Source: Rebecca billardiae RCC1528
Taxonomy: Eukaryota > Protista > Haptophyta
Length of the DNA stretch: 64,000 nucleotides
Assembly: GCA_965240325.2 (NCBI GenBank)
Contig: OZ251227.1
Location: 2,542,001 to 2,606,000 of the forward strand
Direction of reading: 5' to 3'
Under the pieces are notes generated by a model. The model was not told the DNA's origin. It made no database searches and saw only the letters and a list, made by a program, of their open reading frames with translations. Numbering within the stretch: the first letter of the stretch is position 1; each line of letters begins with the position of its first letter. The translations under genes were made by a program, and so were the position numbers. Positions 20,932-31,900 of this stretch are shown here, piece after piece.

Positions 20932-22011
20932 TGGAGGCCACTTCACCGAAATCCAGGTTGGGGAGGATCTCCGCTGCACTGGTGGGGAGGATGTCATCCT
21001 CCCCGCTCGCCACGGCTGGGGAGGATGTCCGCCGCGCTGTCCGGTCTTTCGCCGCTGACAAAACTTTCGAAAACGAAAGTCGCGCTATGGCGGACCCGGT
21101 GTTCCCGCCCGGCGGCGAAAGGGGCGCGGGGCCGGTGGCTCGCGATCCGAAGGGCAGTAGCACGCGACCTCGCTTGGGCGGTGGCAGCGGCGCTGTGGCA
21201 CAGCGTGTACCATCCGCGCGGCTGTGCGCGATCGCGCGGTCCCGTTCGTCGCCACGCCGCGCGCGACCGTTCACGCCACAGTCTTTCCGCACTGGCATGC
21301 ACCCGTTGCAAGCGCATGACGGCGGAGAGCTCAGAGAGCCCGTCACGCGCGTGACGACCGTGTGGGATGGGTTGTACAGCTTGTCTTCATGTTCAGGGAG
21401 GCACGCGCCGGCCCATGAGGCGGGCATGCGGATCATGGACGGCTGCTGTACTGTCCACAACTCCATGGCCGTGTGGCAGGCGATGACTCATCTTTCAGCA
21501 GTTAGGAATGGTCTGAACGTTGGATGGGCTCATCAGAAAGCCTACGAAGGGCAGCCTTCATATCGGCACAACCCATCCCACACGGTCGTCACGCGCGTGA
21601 CGGGCTCTCTGAGCTCTCCGCCGTCATGCGCTTGCAACGGGTGCATGCCAGTGCGGAAAGACTGTGGCGTGAACGGTCGCGCGCGGCGTGGCGACGAACG
21701 GGACCGCGCGATCGCGCACAGCCGCGCGGATGGTACACGCCGTGCCACAGCGCCGCTGCCACCGCCCAAGCGAGGTCGCGAGCTACTGCCCTTCGGATCG
21801 CGAGCCACCGGCCCCGCGCCCCTTTCGCCGCCGGGCGGGAACACCGGGTCCGCCATAGCGCGACTTTCGTTTTCGAAAGTTTTGTCAGCGGCGAAAGACC
21901 GGACAGCGCGGCGGACATCCTCCCCAGCCGTGGCGAGCGGGGAGGATGACATCCTCCCCACCAGTGCAGCGGAGATCCTCCCCAACCTGGATTTCGGTGA
22001 AGTGGCCTCCA
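20932..22011. mobile_element. Non-autonomous foldback/MITE-like DNA element with 444-bp terminal inverted repeats
   Basis: 20932-21375 is the reverse complement of 21568-22011 with 2 visible mismatches and no indels; the spacer is 192 bp. Direct repeat CCAGTGG at 20928-20934 and 22009-22015 is a candidate target-site duplication. Subterminal TGGGGAGGAT motifs are present. No transposase. Confidence 0.75.
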
Positions 22012-22136
22012 GTGGCTACAAGGTGCTCCGAATCTTTGCTGATGAAGTATCACCAATCGCGATTCCAAATTCCAATCGCGATTTGACGATACCTTGGTTC
22101 GATCTCCTTCACTCCTCAGCCGTCGGACACGCGACG

Positions 22137-25100
22137 ATGCACCACTCGTCAGCAGTGCACCCTGCGAGCGCCTCGGGCGCTCCAACCACGTCGAGCAGCA
22201 CGTCGACCGACGACGACGAGTCGGTGCTGGGGGTTGATTTCAGCTTCAAAGACGTGGTCCAGCCGCTGCGCTTGACGCGAGTGCTCACCTTCGCCGACGA
22301 CGCTCTGGAGCGCGCGTACGAGAAGGAGATGCTCGCGCGCTACCCGTGGCGCCTGGCGACCGCCGCCCTCCTGCTCGCTCTCATCTTCGGCGCCAGCGCT
22401 ATCTCGCGCGCAGTGGAGCTCCACGACGTGCTGTCGGAGACGAGCGCGCCGTTTTGGATCGCTGTCGGCTCCAGCGCGACCTGTCTCGGCATGGCGGGCG
22501 TCAGCCTGGCTCTCCCGAGGTTGCGCCTTACGCTCGGTGCAGTCGAGGGCGTCATTGTCTCGCTCCTGCTGTGCTTCGCCGCCTCGTTCTTCGCCATCTC
22601 CTTCTACGAGCAGAGGTTTCACGCCTCGAGCTGCGCCATGCACAGCGGCGATTGCAACGCCGAGATCAGTGCCGCTCGCCGCGTGGCTGCGCTGTACAAC
22701 GGGCTGTTGCATGCTCTCGTGGTTCCGGTCGTCGCGCTGACCATGCTCCCGATGCAGGCCATTGCCGCGTGCGCGGGGAGTGCCGCCGTCCTGCTCCTGC
22801 AGCTGGTGCTCGTGGCGATGGCCTACGAGCCCCAACTCGACGACGTCGACGCTGGAAAGGTCTCCGAGCACTCGGCGCGCAACCAGGCAGAGACGCTCGA
22901 GAGCATCGCCCCTGTCGTGCTCTTGCTGGGCGGTGCGCTGCTGGGCCGGCTCTCGCACATCACATTGCATCGCGCGCAGTTCCACGCACACATTGCCAAG
23001 GAGCGCGCCAGCAAGCAGCTGGTGGCCGAGACGAGGATCGCAGCCCGCGCTAAGGCCGACCTCAAGGAGAGCGAGACATCGAAGCAAATGCAGCTGCAAC
23101 GCTCGCTTGCGGGAAAGCAGGCGCGATCTCGCCTCATCAGGATTGTGATGCACGACCTGCGCTCTCCGCTCCTTGCCGTCTCCAACGTGGTGTCGACTCT
23201 GAGCGACCTCGAGCCGAGCACGCAGCTGGGCAGCGCCGAGGTGGTCGACTCCGTGCATGCGCTCGCAAAGATGTCCAAGCTCATGCAGCACATTGTCTCC
23301 GACATGATGGACTGTACGTGCTGCGCCCAGCCAGCCAGACCCCGGCTGATGCGCCATCGCGCGCGCTCGTCATCATGGACGCTTCATCGCATCAGTCGGC
23401 ATCTATCTGGTGCTCCCAGCCCCCGATGCGCCACGACTGACCGACATCCCCCCCCCCACTCCCCTCCCCCCCGCTCCCCTCCCCCCCGCCGCGATGTGCG
23501 TGCCCCGCGCCCTTCACCCCGCCGCGTTCTCGGCGCGCAGTTGAGCGCGTCGACAGCGGGCGGCTCGTCTTGGTGGCTGCGCCCTTCTTTGTGGGCCAGC
23601 TGCTCGAGGACGCGTGCACGACCTTTATGGGGCTGGCGAACAGCAAGGGAGTGGTGCTCAAGGTGGAGCCGCTGCCTCCGGACCTGGTCGCAGTGCCGCT
23701 CATCGGAGACTCACGCCGGCTGCAGCAGTGCACGAACAACGGCTTGTCCAACGCGGTGTGTGCTCCGCAGCGACAGCGCACCGCGCGTCAATTCCTACGA
23801 TCATCGCGCGCGCCCGCGCCGAACTCACGCGCGCACCACCGCGGCGCGGCGGCGCCGCGCGCAGCTCAAGTTCAGCGAGCGTGGCGGCACGATCGTGCTG
23901 CGAGCACGCGCCACGAGCATGCGGTCCTTTGCCACGCCATCCCCCACGAGCCCGTGCGCCACCCACCCGTCCGCCAGCTCGGACCAGGCTGCGGTCTCGG
24001 TGTCAATCGTCGATTACGGCATCGGCATGAGCCACGACGAGCTGCGGATGCTGCGCACGGGCGAGGCGTTTGTTGGCCAAGGCCAGCTGCAAGGCGTCGG
24101 CGGCACCGGCCTCGGCCTCACTGTCACGCGCGAGCTGCTGCAGATGCACGACGACTCCGAGCTGCACCTCGAGTCGCCCGGGCTGGGGCTGGGCTTCACC
24201 TTTGAGCTCCGGCTCAAGCTGTGGCATGCGCTTGAGAACACGCTCGGCGAAGGCAGTGCGGAGCAGCGGCGTGCGGAGACCTCCACACCGGTGTTGCACG
24301 AGCGCATGGCCGCGGTGCGCGCGCTCGCTCGGAGCCAGGCCATCGCCAGGTCGCAGGAAGGGCTTGAGCGCAGCCTGGGGCACGTCGCTCAGGGCGCGCC
24401 CCGCCGCACAAGCAGCCCGCCGCGTACGAGCATCGCGGCTGAGGACAACGGCGACGGTGCGCCGGAGCCTGCGCCGAGCGGCCACCGCTCCACGATCGTG
24501 CCGCCGAGTGCCCCGACCGTCGACGCGGTGCCCACCGCGGCCGTCGCCCTGACCGCCGGCGCCGGCGGCATGGCACCGGCCACCAAGACGGCGCCACGGC
24601 GGCGCAGCCCGGAGCTCGACGGCAGGGACTACCCCTCTGGCTTTGCCTGCCTCTACGTGGACGACGACCGCATCCTGCAGAAGTCGTTCGTGAAGCGCGT
24701 CTTTGAGCGAATGGCTGCGCCGTACGCGCAGGCGTGGGACGGGCGCGAGGCGGTGGAGCGGATCGTCGAGAAGGGCGAGCAGTACGACATCATCGTGATG
24801 GACAACCAGGTGCGCGCTCGCTCGCGTGCTGCGTGCCGCCGGGCGCTCGGACCGACCCACGCGGCTGCACCCGGCGGAAGCCGTTGCTGCCGAGAGCCGA
24901 CGGAGCCGCGCGCGGGCCTCTGAATCACGCACTCCCTGTCTCACTCAACCCACCACCTGGCCCGGCTGCCCGCGCCCCTCGCTGCCGCCGCGACGCCAAG
25001 CAGATGCCGCGCATGACTGGCATCCTCGCGACGCGCGCGCTGCGCGCAGCCGGCTTTGCCGGCGTGATCATCGGCATGACGGGCGACCCGTGCGGCTCGC

Positions 25101-25573
25101 CTGAGCGCGACGAGTTCGACTGCGCCGGGCTCGACATGAGCTTGGATAAGGACGACAAGGGCGTCAAGGAGGTGCTGCGCGTGCTCGAGAGCTGCCTGGC
25201 CCCCATCGGCTCGACCGGCGGCGCGGAGACGCCGCCGGCGTCGGCGGCGGCATCGGCGTCGGCATCGGCGGCAGCGACGGAGCCGCTCGACCAGCGCGCT
25301 GGCTCGGAGGCAAGCGACGCGCACCACGAGCAGCAGGCCGGCGCGGCGAGCAAGCCCGCGGCTGGGGTGGATGCCCAGGCGTGGAGCGCGTTGTGCGCAA
25401 GCCATGCAGCGTCGGTGCGCGGTCGAGCACGCCATCACTCAACCGATGCAGCTGGCTTCGTTCGCAGCCGCCCTGACGCGCGCGACGAGGCGGATTATAC
25501 GGGCGAAGACGACCTGCTGCGCTCGCGGCCGCGCACAGTCTCAGCCTTCATGATGCCATACGACCTCGAGTGA
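22137..25573 (+). CDS. Membrane hybrid sensor histidine kinase (6TM-HisKA-HATPase-receiver); exons 22137-23313, 23541-23755, 23865-24809, 25004-25573
   Basis: H-box MHDLRSPL, N-box NGLSNA|LKFS, G1 DYGIGM, G2 GGTGLGL, receiver YVDDD...DIIVMDNQ|MPRMTG...IIGMTG. Three GT-AG introns rejoin the motifs exactly. The start codon at 22137 is the most plausible choice, not proven. Confidence 0.9.
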
Positions 25574-25973
25574 CGAGTGTGAGTGATGACTAATGACGAT
25601 GCTGATGATGTGATGACGCGCGAGTGAATAATAATATAACGCCGCGCGTGATGCGCCGGCTGGCGGCCGAACTCGATCGCTGCGGCGGACGCGAGGCGGA
25701 TTCAATCCCGCCATTCAAATTCAATCCGCCGCCGCCGCGCACCGCGGCGGACGGACTGTCGTCGTACGTCGTAATAAGGTACTATACTGCGCTATATATG
25801 CGATACTGATCAATCATGCTCATGCGGACATGCTGGTGCTGATGCTGAGACTGCTGCTGAGAGTAAGTGTGCAGAGCGAGGAGGAGCCTGAAGCTCGAGT
25901 AGAGACGAATGCGCATGCGGCATGCCGAGGACGAGAGACAAGAGAGTAAAGAGACGACTCAGTCCGAGTCGAA

Positions 25974-28900
25974 TCACTCCTCCTCCTCCTCCTCCTCCTC
26001 CTCGGGCGAGGAGCCGCCGCCGCGCCGCCGCTCGCCTGCGGCGGACATCGCCGCCACGCGCCACGCGCTGAAGAGCGCGCGGCCCGTGCTGTGCCGGATG
26101 AGCTCCTTGAGCGCGGCGCGCAGCGTGAGCACCTGCGCGTACCGGCGCACCTCGGCGCTCTGCTCGGCGGTCGCCGCCTTCCAGCTGCGAGCGGCGCGGC
26201 GGGCGCGCGGATGGCGGGGACGGTCGGGCGGGCGGCGGGCGCGTGAGCGGGGGCGCGGCGGCGGTGCGCGGCGCGCAGGCGCGCGCGCGGGGGGGGAAGG
26301 GGGGGTGCGGGTGCGCGCGCACGCACCTGGCGTACAGCCGCCACTGGCCGAGGCGCGCGCGCAGCAGCGCGCGGATCTCTGCGCGGCTCGGCGCGCTTGG
26401 CAGCCGGCGCTTGCGGCGCGCGGTCTCCGCCCACGTGTGGAGCGCCTGCTGCGCGGCGCTGAGCTGCAGGTAGCGCGCGCGCACGGTCGCGGCGCGCGCG
26501 CGCGAGCCGAGCCACGCCGCCTGCATGCCCGGCGTGCGGTGCAGGCTCGGCACGCGCGCGCTCGCCAGCTCAACCGTCGAGATTGCGATGAGCTGCGCCA
26601 CGCGCGCGCCCCGCAGCCACGCGCCGAGCGCCGCGCCGCCCGCGCGCAGCCGGTGCAGCTGCGCGCTCGCCGCGGCCTGCTCGGCGGCGGCGCGGCGGTA
26701 GAGGGCGAAGAGGTACCAGCGGCGCAGGCCGACGGTGCAGCCGTGCCGCGCGCGCCGGCTCGCCAGCGCGCCGCGCCCCGCCGCGCGCCGCGCGCCCGCG
26801 CGCCACGCCGCGAGCGCGGTGCGCTGCGCGGCGCGCGCCACCGTGTCGGCGCGCGCGGCGCGCGCGAGCTGCCGAGCGCGCTCGCGCGCGAGCGCGGCGG
26901 TGCGCCGCCAGCGGCGCAGCGCGCGGAGCGCGCGGCGGCGGTCGGCCGTGCCCGCGTGCGCGCGCGCGCGCGACGACGCCGAGAGCACCCGCTTCCACGA
27001 GCGCATCGCCGCGAGCGTCGCGCGCAGCTCCGAGCGGACGGTGACCGCGGCCGCGCGCTGCAAGGTGCGCGTTGCCGCGGCCGCGGCGGCGCGCCACGTG
27101 GCCAGCGCGGCGCGCAGCGCGGCGGCGGCGGCGGCGTCTTCGGCGCGGCGCGCGGCGTCGTCGGCGGGCGCGCGCGCCGTGCGCGCGCGCCACGCGCGCA
27201 GCGCCGCGCGCGCGGGCGCGCGCAGGCCGCGCGCGAGCCGCGCGGCGGCGGCGGCGCGCGGCGCGGCGCGCGCCGCCCAGCCGCCGAGCGCGCCGCGCCG
27301 CGCGAGCCGCGCGCGGCCGCGGTCGGCGGTGCGCGCGAGCGCGGCGGTGAGCGCGCCCGCCGTGGCGCGCGAGTGCCACGCGTCGAGCGCGGCCGACGCC
27401 GCGCTCCGCGCCCAGCCGCCCTCGCCCAGCCGGCCGAGGCCGGCGGCGCGCGCGGCGGCCGCCCAGCGCGCCCACGCGGCGCGCAGCGCGCCGGCCGCGC
27501 GGTGGTCAGCGGCGACCATCCTCGCGGCGTCCGCGCCGACCTGCGCGCCGATCGCGTCGACCCAGCGGCCGAAGAGGCGGCCCACGTCGGAGGCGGACGA
27601 CGCGTCCGCGCCGCGCGCGTGCAGGTACGCGGCTCGCCGCGCCGCCGCCCACGCCGCCCACGCGGCGCGCGCGGCGCGCGCGCGCCAGCGCGCCGCGGCG
27701 GCGCGCGCGCGCGCGGACGCAGCGTGCGCGCGCTCGCCGTGCGCGCGCCAGCCCTCGAGGGCGTCGGCGCGCGCCATCGAGCGCCAGAGCGAGGCGGCGA
27801 GCGCGGCGCGCCGCGCGACCGACGTCGCGTGGCGCCACGGGCGCAGCGCGCGCGCCTGACCGAGCGCGCGCCACGCGCGCGCGGCGCGCGCGCCGAGCGC
27901 GGCGCGGCGCGAGGCGTCGCGCCAGCGCGCGAGCGCGCCGCGCGCGCCGCCCGCGGCGCGCAGCGCGCCGAACGCGCGCGCGCCGCGCTCGACGGCGGCG
28001 CGCGCGCGCGCGCGGCGCAGCGCGGCGGCGCGCAGCGCCCAGCGGTCCAGCGCGCCCGCGCTCGCGCGCAGCCGCGCGTGCTCCGCGCTCAGAGTCCGGA
28101 TGGACGCCTCGACGAGCCCGAGCGCTACCCAGTCCTGCCACAGCGAGAAGGCGAGAAGCAGCGGCGGCGTGCGGAAGCGCGCGGCGCGCGCCTCGCGCCG
28201 CGCCTCGCGCGCCTCGCGCGAGTGGTCGCGCCGCCAGCGGCGCAGCGCGGCGCTGGACGCGCCGATCCCCGCCATCTCCGCCGCCGCGCCCAGCTGCGCG
28301 CGCGCCGTGCGCCGCAGCGCGGCGTGCGCGCGCAGGCGCGCCCACGCGGCGCGCGCGTCGCGCGCGGCCGACGCGCCGCGCGCGCGCGCGCGCAGCGCGG
28401 CGGCGAGCCGCCAGAAGCGCCAGCTCGAGGCGGCCTCGGCGGCGCGCCAGCGCGCGGCGGCGCGGCGCGCGCGCTCGAGCGCGAGCGACCGCGCCCCGTG
28501 CGACGCGGCCCAGCCGTCCAGCGCGCGCGCCGCGCGGCCCGCGCGCACGCGGCGGAGCGCGCGACGCGCGCTCGCCGCGCGCCGCGCCGCGCGCGCCCAC
28601 TCGGACCACGACGCCGCGCGCCCGCCCGCCGCCCACTGCTCGGCGGCGGCGGCGGCGGCGGCGCGCGCGCGCGCGCGCGCGCGCGCGCCAGCACCCCAGC
28701 GCGCCAGCGCGCCGCGCTCCGCGCCGCGGCCGACGCCGGTGCGCCGCATCAGCGCAAGCTCGGCGGCGCGCGCCGCCCAGCCGCCGAGCGCGCGCGCGCT
28801 CGCGAGCCGAGCCCACCGGCCGAGCGCGGCGCCGAGCGCGGCGCGCGCGGCGGCGCGGCGGCGGTGGTCGTCGCGCCACGCGTCGAAGAGCCGCGCCGTC

Positions 28901-31900
28901 GCGCCGCCCGCCCAGCCGCGCCCGCCCGCGCGCAGCAGCGCGGCGCGGCGCGCGCCGCGCGCCCAGCCGCCGAACGCGCCGCGGAGCGCGCGCGCCGACC
29001 ACGCGTCGGCGGCAATTAGGCGCGTCGCGTCCGCCTCGACCTGCGCGCCGATGGCGTCGAGCCACGCGCCGAAGAGGCGCGCGGTCTCGCCGTGCGCGAA
29101 CGCCTGCGCCGCGCGCCGCGTCAGCCGCTCGCGCGCCAGCCCGCCGCGCCACGCCTGCAGCGCGCCGCGCGCCGCGCGCGCCGACCAGTGCGCGAGCGGG
29201 CGCGCGAGCGCGGCGAGCGCGCCGCGCCGCGCGCGCGCGCTCTCGCGCCACGCGTCGAAGAGCCGCGCAGAGGCGCCGTGCGACCAGTCGCGCGCGCCGC
29301 GCCGGACCAGCGCGCGCTGACGCGCGCTCGCCGCCCAGCCGCCGAACGCGCCGCGCGCCGCGCGCGAGCCGAGCCGCTCGGCCGCGCGCGATCGCGCGGC
29401 GTCGCGCGCCGCCGCGTCGCGCGACGACTGCGCCCACGCGTGGAACAGCCGCGCGGCCTCGCCGTGCGAGAAGGCCTGCGCCGCGCGCAGCCGCGCGGCG
29501 TACAGCGCGCGCGCCTCGCGCCAGCCGCGCCACGACGCGAGCAACGAGCGCTGCTCCCAGTGCGACAGCGGCGTCGCCAGGGCGGCCGTCGCCGCGTTGC
29601 GCCGCGCCACGTCCTCGCGCCACGCGTCGAAGAGCCGGCCGAGCGCGCCGTGCGCCGCGCGCCGCGCGGCCTGCTGCATCAGCCCACGCTCGCGTGCAGC
29701 TCCGGCCCAGCCATTGAACGCCGCGATCTCCGCGCGCCGCGCCATGCGCTCGCTCGCACGCTCCAACGTCGCGAGCGAGGCGCGCGTCTCGCGCGTGTAG
29801 TCCGACCACGCGTGGAAGAGCCGCGCAGACTCGCCGTGCGCAAAGCCCTGCGCCGCGCGCTGGCGGAGCGCGCGCGTCTCGCGCGCCGACCGCCAATCAC
29901 GCCACGACGCGCGCAGCTGCCGATCCGACCAGTGCTCGAACGGCGCCGCGAGCGCGGCCGACGCGGCGGCACGGCGAGCCGTGTCGTCGCGCCACGCGTC
30001 GAACACGCGCCCGACCGGGCCGAACGCAGCGCCGCGCGCCGCCTGCTGCATGAGCGCGCGCTGGCGCGCGCCGTGCGCCCAGCCGGCAAACGCCAGCCGC
30101 GGGCCGCGCTGCTGCCAGCGCTGCGTCGCCGCCAGACGCGCCGACTCGGCGTCCGCGCGCGCACGCGCAGCAGCCACCCACGCGTGGTACAGCCGCGCGC
30201 TCTCGCCGTGCGTGAACGCCTGCACGCCGCGCTGCTGCGTGCGCAGCGCGCGCGCACTCGCGTGCCAGCCGCGCCACGCCGAGCGCAGCGCGCGCCGCGA
30301 CCAGTGCTCGAACGGCGTCGCGAGCGCCGCGCGCGCCGCCTCGAGCTCGCGCAGCAGGCCTGCCCACGTCGAGAACGCACGCAGCGTCTCGACGTGCGCG
30401 AACGCGCGCACACCCGCGAGCGCGAGCGACTGCAAGCGGGCGTGGTCCGCCCACGCGTGGTACAGCCGCGCGGACTCGCCGTGCATGAACGCCTGCGCCG
30501 CGCGCCGCTGCAGATACTCCATGTCGCGCGCCTCGCGCCAGCCGCGCCACGACGCGAGCAACGAGCGCTGCTCCCAGTGCGACAGCGGCGTCGCCAGGGC
30601 GGCCGTCGCCGCGTTGCGCCGCGCCACGTCCTCGCGCCACGCGTCGAAGAGCCGGCCGAGCGCGCCGTGCGCCGCGCGCCGCGCGGCCTGCTGCATCAGC
30701 CCACGCTCGCGTGCAGCTCCGGCCCAGCCGTTGAACGCCGCGATCTCCGCGCGCCGCGCCATGCGCCCACTCGCATGCTCCAGCACCGCCATCGAATGGA
30801 GAATCTCGCGCGTGTAGTCCGACCATGCGTGGAAGAGCCGCGCAGACTCGCCGTGCGCAAAGCCCTGCGCCGCGCGCTGGCGGAGCGCGCGCGTCTCGCG
30901 CGCCGACCGCCAGTCACGCCACGACGCGCGCAGCTGCCGATCCGACCAGTGCTCGAACGGCGCCGCGAGCGCGGCCGACGCGGCGGCACGGCGTGCCGTG
31001 TCGTCGCGCCACGCGTCGAACACGCGCCCGACCGGGCCGAACGCAGCGCCGCGCGCCGCCTGCTGCATGAGCGCGCGCTGGCGCGCGCCGTGCGCCCAGC
31101 CGGCAAACGCCAGCCGCGGGCCGCGCTGCTGCCAGCGCTGCGTCGCCGCCAGACGCGCCGACTCGGCGTCCGCGCGCGCACGCGCAGCAGCCACCCACGC
31201 GTGGTACAGCCGCGCGCTCTCGCCGTGCGTGAACGCCTGCACGCCGCGCTGCTGCGTGCGAAGCGCGCGAGCACTCGCGTGCCAGCCGCGCCACGCCGAG
31301 CGCAGCGCGCGCCGCGACCAGTGCTCGAACGGCGTCGCGAGCGCCGCGCGCGCCGCCTCGAGCTCGCGCAGCAGGCCTGCCCACGTCGAGAACGCACGCA
31401 GCGTCTCGACGTGCGCGAACGCGCGCACACCCGCGAGCGCGAGCGACTGCAAGCGGGCGTGGTCCGCCCACGCGTGGTACAGCCGCGCGGACTCGCCGTG
31501 CATGAACGCCTGCGCCGCGCGCCGCTGCAGATACTCCATGTCGCGCGCCTCGCGCCAGCCGCGCCACGACGCGAGCAACGAGCGCTGCTCCCAGTGCGAC
31601 AGCGGCGTCGCCAGGGCGGCCGTCGCCGCGTTGCGCCGCGCCACGTCCTCGCGCCACGCGTCGAAGAGCCGGCCGAGCGCGCCGTGCGCCGCGCGCCGCG
31701 CGGCCTGCTGCATCAGCCCACGCTCGCGTGCAGCTCCGGCCCAGCCGTTGAACGCCGCGATCTCCGCGCGCCGCGCCATGCGCCCACTCGCATGCTCCAG
31801 CACCGCCATCGAATGGAGAATCTCGCGCGTGTAGTCCGACCATGCGTGGAAGAGCCGCGCAGACTCGCCGTGCGCAAAGCCCTGCGCCGCGCGCTGGCGG

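Noticed and set aside
25810-26326. C-terminus of the 6234-aa ORF as listed in the track
   Set aside because: It reads through an evident GT-AG intron (26326-26185); the spliced frame keeps the W-repeat pattern and ends at 25974.
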